Shown in pieces: positions 8,103 to 13,936 of a DNA stretch of 13,936 nt (the first letter of the stretch is position 1; every line of letters starts with the position of its first letter). The notes under the pieces are model-generated. The model made no database searches. It was not told where the DNA came from and was given only the letters and a program-made list of their open reading frames with translations. A program made the translations under genes and the position numbers. The DNA lies in assembly GCA_963706025.1 (NCBI GenBank), contig CAVPLM010000002.1:1-13936 (forward strand). The letters are read 5' to 3'. Origin of the DNA: an uncultured Actinomycetes bacterium. Lineage in GTDB: Bacteria > Actinomycetota > Thermoleophilia > RBG-16-64-13.

Positions 8103-9605
8103 CTAAAGCGTTTTCTCTATGTCGATGGCCACCGTTTTCAAGTGGGTCACGTCATCGAGGGTGAAGCGGCCCCCGAGTCGTCCGTGGCCGCTCTTCGTCC
8201 CGCCTCCACCGCCGAAAGGCTCATGAGCTTCCCAGTAGTCGGTGCTGTCGTTGAAGACCACGTTGCCGGTGCGGAGCTGATCCGCATACCAGAAGCAGCG
8301 CTTGATGGATGAGGTAAAGACCGACATCTGCAGACCATAGCCGGTCTCGTTGGCGATCTCGACGGCTTCGGCGTCGGTGGTGAACTCGATGACAGGCGCC
8401 ACCGGCCCGAATGTTTCCTCCTGGTTGAGAAGCATGTCCCGCGTCACCCCGTCGATCACCGTGGCCGGGAAATACAGGTCGGTAGGCCGGCCGGATTCAC
8501 GCGCCCCACCCATCAGGATCTCCGCCCCTTTCGCCCGGGCATCGTCAAGGTGCTGCTCGGTCTTGAGGGCCGTGGGTTCGTTGTTGAGCGGGCCCATGGT
8601 GGTGGCGGGATCCAGAGGATCACCGAGAACGTAGCCCTTGGCCTCCTTCATCAGCAGGTCCAGGAATTCGTCGTGGACCTTCTTGTCCACGAGGATACGC
8701 TCGGTCGCGCAGCACACCTGGCCGGCGTTGTAGAAGCAACCGAATGCCGCCGCCTTCGCGGCCTCCTCGAGGTTGGCGTCGGCGCAGACTATCTGCGGAC
8801 CATTGCCACCCAGTTCCATGAGAGTCATTTTGATGCCGGCCCGCGAGCAGATGGCCTCTCCGGTCACGGTCTCGCCGGTGAAGCCGATGAGAGCCACATC
8901 CGGGTGGGCCACCAGATAGTCGCCCACCACCCCTCCCGGACCGGTCACCAGATTGAAGACGCCCGGAGGCAGATCGGACTCCTCCAGCGCGTCTTGGATG
9001 CACCGCCCGACCAAGATCATGGAGAGCGGGGTCGTGGAAGCCGGTTTCATGACCACCGTGTTGCCGACCGCCAGGCCCGGCCCCAAGTACTCGGAGGGAA
9101 TCACGGTAGGGAAGTTCCACGGTGTGATGACCGCCATGACCCCGTAGGGCTCCCGGAAGGTCAGCACGCGCTTCGCGGGGTCTCGCATAGGGATGACGGG
9201 GGTCTCCATACGCACCACGTCTTCGGCGGCCAGCTGGAAGTTGAGGGCGGTCTCCAAGACCTCGGGCAGGGCCTCACCAGCGTAGGGCTTCCCTTGCTCC
9301 ACCGAGAGCACTCGAGCGATCGGCTCGGCCCGTTCCCGGATGAGCTCCGCCATGCGCAGGATCACTTCGGCCCGCTTGAACACCGGCATCGCCCGGTAGG
9401 CCGGCCAGGCCGCCTTGGCCGCGGCCACCGCGGCATCGATGTCGGGAGCTGCGCACTTCGGCACCTCGGCGAGGACCGCCCCTGTCACCGGACTGCGGAC
9501 CGCGAATCTGGCTCCCGAGAGGGCGTTCACCCACCGGCCGGCGATAAGATTGCTCCTGTCCTCGAGCTCCTCGGGTATCACTGCCTTGCTGCTTGCACCG
9601 ACCAT
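8103..9605 (-). CDS. NAD(P)-dependent aldehyde dehydrogenase
   Basis: ITPWNFP, VMKPAS, GFTGETVTG, catalytic Glu in MELGGNGP, catalytic Cys in NAGQVCCA, EETFGP and PFGG. AAGGGGGG RBS. Intact, 500 aa. Confidence 0.95.
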   Translation of the reverse strand: MVGASSKAVIPEELEDRSNLIAGRWVNALSGARFAVRSPVTGAVLAEVPKCAAPDIDAAVAAAKAAWPAYRAMPVFKRAEVILRMAELIRERAEPIARVLSVEQGKPYAGEALPEVLETALNFQLAAEDVVRMETPVIPMRDPAKRVLTFREPYGVMAVITPWNFPTVIPSEYLGPGLAVGNTVVMKPASTTPLSMILVGRCIQDALEESDLPPGVFNLVTGPGGVVGDYLVAHPDVALIGFTGETVTGEAICSRAGIKMTLMELGGNGPQIVCADANLEEAAKAAAFGCFYNAGQVCCATERILVDKKVHDEFLDLLMKEAKGYVLGDPLDPATTMGPLNNEPTALKTEQHLDDARAKGAEILMGGARESGRPTDLYFPATVIDGVTRDMLLNQEETFGPVAPVIEFTTDAEAVEIANETGYGLQMSVFTSSIKRCFWYADQLRTGNVVFNDSTDYWEAHEPFGGGGGTKSGHGRLGGRFTLDDVTHLKTVAIDIEKTL

Positions 9606-9653
9606 AAGCCCCCCTTCACGATCCTTGCATCGCCAACGTTCTCGTGGCTCAGG

Positions 9654-10877
9654 TCAGAGCCAACGGGTGCTGCGCCGGGCGAAACGCAGACCGGCGCGTT
9701 TGAGGTCTTCGACATAGGCCAAACGCACTTGGCGCGCCAACCCTTCCGGCGGGAGCACCCCTCTCTGCGTGATGGTGCCGTCGAGGAGGTAGCCGGCGTA
9801 GATGGCGGCAGGAGTAGACGTCCCATACGAGATGCGGTTCGCCCCCGGGATCATCTGGGTGACCTTCTGGATATTGGGCGGAAAGACATAGAAGGTCTCG
9901 GTAGCAGGCTCGCCTTCCCGAGCGTACAGGTCGATCATGTACGCGCCTTCGTCCACGATGCGCCCTTCGGCGGCCAACTTGGCGATCTCCTCCTTCGGAG
10001 CGGAGCGCGGCAGCACCGACACCAGCACGTCGATGGGCCGAACCTGTTGGCCCCGGATGTGGCGCGGGATGGGGCTGGCTATGCCGGTCTCCACCAAGAT
10101 CTTCGCCTTCTTCATGCCTTCTTCGCCGCCGGCCAGTTTGAAGTCCATGTGCCGTAGGCCCTTCTCCCCCAGCTTGGGCAGGAAGCGAGGGAGGGTCGAG
10201 CACTCCTCATGCTCGTGAAGCACGGCGGCCAACCGGCCGACGGGAGCGGGGAAGTCCACGTATTCCCAGCCGGCAAAGGGTTCGGCTCGCAGGAACTTGC
10301 CCTCGTCGAAGTAGAGGGTGGGAGTCTGGGAATCGATGTAGTAGGTCTCCTGGGACCATACCTGGATCGGGACTTCCGACTTGAACAGGCCTCCGGCTTT
10401 GATCCGCACCGCTTCGCAGCGATCCATCTCCTCGTAGCCGATAGCGGCCAGAGTGTTGGTCACACCCGGGGTCATGCCGGTGTGTATCAGCGCCGTGCGT
10501 CCTATGGCGCGGAATTCTTCGTCCAGGGCGATCTGCAGGAGATAGCCGTCGTCGATGGTGCCGCCCTCGACCCGGGTCGCCATGTCGAGATAGTGGGTCT
10601 TCGCCTTCAGAGCGGCCTTCATGAGGGGGTCGTCCCACTCGGGGATCACGGCATTGAGGATCAGATCGGCGCCTTCACTCAAGCGGGCCACGTGGTCGAC
10701 GTCTCGAGCATCCACGTGCACGGCCGTTGTCTTGCCGGCGCCCCAGGCGGCCTTCACCTCCTCGGCGCGCTCGAGGTCCCAATCGCCGACGACGATCTCA
10801 TCGACCGCTGGGTGGCTGACAAGGTTCCACGTAAGAACGTACCCCTGCTCGCCGGCGCCGATGATCACGACTTTCAT
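9654..10877 (-). CDS. Saccharopine dehydrogenase family oxidoreductase (family of lysine 6-dehydrogenase and carboxy(nor)spermidine dehydrogenase)
   Basis: Rossmann motif VVIIGAGEQG, ADLILNA, THYLDMA, GMTPGVTN, HEHEE and GVLPPE. GGGGGAG RBS. Intact, 407 aa. Confidence 0.9.
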   Translation of the reverse strand: MKVVIIGAGEQGYVLTWNLVSHPAVDEIVVGDWDLERAEEVKAAWGAGKTTAVHVDARDVDHVARLSEGADLILNAVIPEWDDPLMKAALKAKTHYLDMATRVEGGTIDDGYLLQIALDEEFRAIGRTALIHTGMTPGVTNTLAAIGYEEMDRCEAVRIKAGGLFKSEVPIQVWSQETYYIDSQTPTLYFDEGKFLRAEPFAGWEYVDFPAPVGRLAAVLHEHEECSTLPRFLPKLGEKGLRHMDFKLAGGEEGMKKAKILVETGIASPIPRHIRGQQVRPIDVLVSVLPRSAPKEEIAKLAAEGRIVDEGAYMIDLYAREGEPATETFYVFPPNIQKVTQMIPGANRISYGTSTPAAIYAGYLLDGTITQRGVLPPEGLARQVRLAYVEDLKRAGLRFARRSTRWL

Positions 10878-10896
10878 GACTCTCCCCCCAGGGCGG

Positions 10897-10914
10897 TAAC
10901 CAACCGGTCGGTTA
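10897..10914. promoter_or_regulatory. Palindromic operator, TetR-type
   Basis: TAACCAACCGGTCGGTTA, an 18-bp palindrome with one mismatched pair, between the -10 box and the RBS of the first operon gene. Confidence 0.75.
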
Positions 10915-10926
10915 GATTATGGGACC

Positions 10927-10955
10927 ACTATAAGCCCTCTGACGTCCGCACGCAA
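10927..10955 (-). promoter_or_regulatory. Sigma-70/SigA promoter of the minus-strand operon
   Basis: Minus strand TTGCGT (10955-10950) - 17 nt - TATAGT (10932-10927). Confidence 0.75.
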
Positions 10956-11239
10956 TAGACCCTCCGCCGCCCTACGGTGGTCCTATGTGCAGATCCGTGT
11001 TCTCAGGACGAGAAAACAGTGCCCCGGGGCCCGAAGGAAGGAGTGAACAGGAGCGGCCCAGATCGGCGGGCGACCTGATCGCTGTGACCACGAACCCGGC
11101 GTCAGCGCCCTCACGAGCCCCGTGGACCATCCCGGCGTTTCGCGTCGGCGCGCGAGCCGGGAAGAGACACGTCACCATCAACAGGTCCGCTCAGTCCAGC
11201 CTTACCCGACTCATCCCCCGTACTCCGCCAGCCACTAGC

Positions 11240-11270
11240 TGGTACTATTGTGTTGATAGATATCGAAATA
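11240..11270 (+). promoter_or_regulatory. Extended -10 promoter and probable ArsR autoregulatory operator
   Basis: TGG-TACTAT (TGn plus -10 at 11243-11248), followed by the imperfect inverted repeat TTGAT-AGAT-ATCGAA (11253-11267) in an AT-rich patch. Confidence 0.55.
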
Positions 11271-11295
11271 GAATTGACGGACCGGGACACGCCGA

Positions 11296-12306
11296 ATGAA
11301 TATCGAAGAATCCCTGGCCGTAGGTGGGGCATTGGCGGACCGCTCGCGTCTGCTCATCCTGGGAGCCCTGCTGTCGGGGCCCATGTGTGTGGAAGAGCTG
11401 GCAAACAGGCTGGAGCTGGCCTCGTCGACCGTGTCTTTCCACCTGAAGAAGCTAAAACTGGCCGGTCTCGTCGATCTCAAGAAAGAACAGTACTACGCCG
11501 TATATGCGCTCCGGCCCGACCTGCAAGCGCTCACAGTGCGAGATCTGATCGGATTCCAGGATACGGGGGCGGGGCCGCGAGCCGAACGGGTCGATCAAGA
11601 ACGGGCAAGGGTCCTGGCCACCTTCTTCTCTGAGGGTCGGCTCACCCGGATGCCGGCCCAGAAGCGCAAGCGAGACATGGTCCTGGAAGAGTTCGCCGCG
11701 CTCTTCCCCCCGGGCTCGGAATACGAGGAACCCCAGGTCGACCGAACCATCTCGACCTTGTACGCCGACTACTGCCTGGTCCGAAGACTGCTGGTAGACG
11801 CGGGCTACTTGCAGCGCCAGGCAGGCCGGTATCGGCGCACCGACGAGCCGGCCCAAGGAACGCGATCGCCTTGGGTCGGAGAACCAGGAGAAACTCAGAT
11901 GAGCCCTCACGATGAAACAAGCCCCCGCGATGACACCGACAGCCGGGCGCGGCGGGCTGCGCTCCGCCGCGCCTACAAAGAGCGAGCCAAACAGGCGGGA
12001 GTGTTCAGAGTGGTCAACACGGCCAACGGCCGGGTCATGCTCGGTTCGGCCTTGGACCTGCACCCACCCCTTAACCGGGTCAAGTTCGAGCTCGACATGG
12101 GGATGTGCTGGAATCCGGAGTTGAAGGCCGATCTCGAGACCTACGGCAGGGACAGCTTCGTGATCGAGGTGCTCGAAAAGGTCGAATCTAGAGACGATCC
12201 CGATTTTGATCCCGAACGAGAGCTGGAAATTCTCGAGCAGAGGCACCTGGCGGCGCTGGATCGAACGACTGCCTACAACAAGGACGATAGAATCCGGTAC
12301 CCCTAG
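11296..12306 (+). CDS. ArsR/SmtB HTH + DUF2087 + GIY-YIG-like domain protein
   Basis: ArsR: ALADRSRLLIL...MCVEELANRLELASSTVSFHLKKLKLAGLV. DUF2087-like: VLATFFSEGRLTRMPAQKRKRDMVL...YEEPQVD...DYCLVRRLLVDAGYLQR. C-terminal GIY-YIG-like: YKE...GVFRVVNTANGRVMLGS...NR...LKADLETYGRDSFVIEVLE...ELEILE...YN. Confidence 0.85.
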   Translation: MNIEESLAVGGALADRSRLLILGALLSGPMCVEELANRLELASSTVSFHLKKLKLAGLVDLKKEQYYAVYALRPDLQALTVRDLIGFQDTGAGPRAERVDQERARVLATFFSEGRLTRMPAQKRKRDMVLEEFAALFPPGSEYEEPQVDRTISTLYADYCLVRRLLVDAGYLQRQAGRYRRTDEPAQGTRSPWVGEPGETQMSPHDETSPRDDTDSRARRAALRRAYKERAKQAGVFRVVNTANGRVMLGSALDLHPPLNRVKFELDMGMCWNPELKADLETYGRDSFVIEVLEKVESRDDPDFDPERELEILEQRHLAALDRTTAYNKDDRIRYP

Positions 12307-12383
12307 ACGCGATGTTGCCCTGGACGCGATAGAATGCCTCTCGACCCGCCTCGAGCGGTCGTCAGTCGAGAAAGGAACCACCC

Positions 12384-13028
12384 ATGACCAACGGGACGCC
12401 GGTCCCAACCGGGCGGCAAGCGCCTTCGGCCTCGATATCTCGCCGCGGCGGGCGCCCGCTCTTTGCGGCGGGTGTCATCGCGTTTATGGGGATCATCACC
12501 GCCGAGGCCCTCTATCCTTCGGGCTACAGCACCTCTCAGAACGAGATTAGCGACCTGGGCGCCACTGAGCCCCCGGATAGCGTGATCGAGCAACCCTCGG
12601 CGACCATCTTCAATACCACGATGATCGTGTGCGGCGTGTTGGTCCTGGCAGCGTCGGTCTGGATCCGCAACTGAGGCTTCGGACGCAAAGCGGCAGCGAT
12701 TCTCATCGCCCTGTTCGGACTCGGGGCGCTGGGGGTGGGCATCTTCCCCGGCGACTACGGCACCGTGCACGCCATCTTCGCCCTGCTCACGTTCGTAGCG
12801 GGAGGTGTGGCGGCCATCGTCTCCTACACCCTGGCGACGTCGCCCTTCCGCTATTTCTCCATCGTGTTGGGAGCGGTCGCGCTTGCGATGCTGCTGCTGT
12901 ACATGATCATGGGTGACTCCAGCCCGGTAGCTGCGCTGGGCATCGGCGGTGTGGAGCGCTGGGTGGCCTATCCCATCCTTATGTGGATCACAGGCCTAGG
13001 CGGTCACCTGATGGGCCGGGCACGCTGA
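12384..13028 (+). CDS. DUF998-like integral membrane protein, in-frame TGA at 12672-12674
   Basis: GAAAGGA RBS. Motifs AEALYPSGYS..NEISDLGA, IFN, GVGIFP, VHAIFA and GGVERWVAYP, with several hydrophobic helices. ORFs 12384..12674 and 12735..13028 share one frame. Confidence 0.8.
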
Positions 13029-13138
13029 GAATCCGAGAGCGCCAGGGCGCCTTCCCAGACGGCCGCCAGGAGTCGGCGTGCCGGCAGCGCCGGCGTGACC
13101 GGCCGGGCGGCCCCGGCCGCAGTCGATGCCCAGAGGGT

Positions 13139-13735
13139 TCAGACGATGAAATCCTCCACCGGATAGCGCCACTTGGGCTTGGGCTGGTCGGCCGCGTGGC
13201 CCACGGCGCAGAGTATGGTCGGCGCGAGATTCGCCGGCAGCCCCAGGATGCGGGAGTACTCCTCGGGCATGAAGTGCGTCATCGGGCAGGAATCGAGACC
13301 GAGGGCCTTGGCTCCCAGGATGGCGTAGGTGGCGGCGATGTAGACCTGGCTCTGCGACCAGGACCGGAATGCAGGCGCGGGCAGAGCGGCCATCTCGCCG
13401 GCGATACCCATGACGATGTCCCAGATATTTTCCGGCACGTGGTGGGTCTTCATCTCCCGGCCGAGTTTCTCGGAGAGGGCGGCCACATCGGTGTCGGCGC
13501 AGAAGACCAGCAGGTGCGAGCAGCTCTTGACCTGAGGTTCGTCGTGGGTGGCCGGCGACAGGAGCTCCTTCGTCGCAGCGTCGCTGACGACCCTGATCTT
13601 CCACGGCTGCATGTTCAAGCCCGACGGGGCCCAGCGCACCAACTCGAGGAGCTCGGCCATAGTCTCCTCCGGGACCGGACGGCCGTCAAAGAGCTTGCAG
13701 GCGTATCGCTGGGCTATCAGTTCCTGGAACTCCAC
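13139..13735 (-). CDS. Nitroreductase family protein (FMN-dependent NAD(P)H oxidoreductase)
   Basis: AAGGAGG RBS (13748-13742) before GTG 13735. Motifs RYACKLFD, WAPSGLNMQPW, AKALGLDSCPM and KPKWR. 198 aa. Confidence 0.92.
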   Translation of the reverse strand: MEFQELIAQRYACKLFDGRPVPEETMAELLELVRWAPSGLNMQPWKIRVVSDAATKELLSPATHDEPQVKSCSHLLVFCADTDVAALSEKLGREMKTHHVPENIWDIVMGIAGEMAALPAPAFRSWSQSQVYIAATYAILGAKALGLDSCPMTHFMPEEYSRILGLPANLAPTILCAVGHAADQPKPKWRYPVEDFIV

Positions 13736-13760
13736 TACGTGCCTCCTTGTGCGAACAGGC

Positions 13761-13861
13761 GCGACCGACGCCCAGGCGGCCGACGCGGTCGACGCGCACG
13801 CGCTTCGGCGCCACCGATGCTCGCGGCCGACGCTCGCCACCGACGCTCACGACCGAGGCAG
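13761..13861. repeat. 13-bp tandem repeat array in the nitroreductase upstream region
   Basis: GCCACCGATGCTC (13810), GCGGCCGACGCTC (13823), GCCACCGACGCTC (13836) and a degenerate copy at 13849. Related cores GCGACCGACGC (13761), GCGGCCGACGC (13776) and GGTCGACGC (13787). Confidence 0.75.
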
Positions 13862-13889
13862 GCTCTTGCCGCCCGGGCTTACTTGGAGC

Positions 13890-13895
13890 ATTATA
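13890..13895 (-). promoter_or_regulatory. Possible -10 box for the nitroreductase
   Basis: Perfect TATAAT on the minus strand in a very GC-rich context. No recognisable -35. Confidence 0.45.
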
Positions 13896-13936
13896 CAAGC
13901 GGCGGTTAGCTAGACTCCGCTCGTCCCGGCTTTGGC

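Noticed and set aside
8550-10157. 535-aa plus-strand ORF, and similar ORFs at 5932..6912, 6956..7888, 10209..10958, 11452..12408 and 12983..13909
   Set aside because: They lie antisense to well-supported genes, as expected in GC-rich DNA.
1376-12674. Alternative genetic code for the whole organism
   Set aside because: Both TAG and TGA end several genes at the expected family lengths, and there is only one in-frame instance of each.
13100-13119. 8-bp hairpin CGGCCGGG-cggc-CCCGGCCG between convergent genes as a terminator
   Set aside because: No U-tract on either side and easily produced by chance in this very GC-rich stretch.
13736-13840. N-terminal extension of the nitroreductase in the ORF track
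   Set aside because: The strong AAGGAGG RBS and the family start point to GTG 13735; the extension is repeat-derived.
13761-13861. CRISPR array or transposon end
   Set aside because: Units are 13 bp, abutting and without spacers; no cas, transposase or integrase gene in the window.

Overview
GC-rich bacterial window, probably Actinomycetota (inferred from composition and a Thr-rich lipoprotein linker). Left to right: a minus-strand hypothetical gene running off the left edge; a 5'-nucleotidase/metallophosphatase with one in-frame TAG; an 8-gene minus-strand operon; a divergent ArsR-DUF2087-GIY-YIG-like three-domain ORF; a DUF998-like membrane protein with one in-frame TGA; and a convergent nitroreductase. 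The operon runs saccharopine-dehydrogenase-family oxidoreductase, aldehyde dehydrogenase, Liv/HAAT-type ABC importer (binding lipoprotein, LivG, LivF, LivH, LivM) and a TetR regulator. It is preceded by a clear sigma-70 promoter and an 18-bp palindromic operator. About a dozen single-base frameshifts, many in short homopolymers, suggest unpolished long-read sequence, so stops and fusions must be read with caution. Best candidates for new biology: the TetR-controlled amine/amino-acid uptake-and-oxidation operon and the ArsR-DUF2087-GIY-YIG module. All family assignments come from motif recognition by eye, not database searches.
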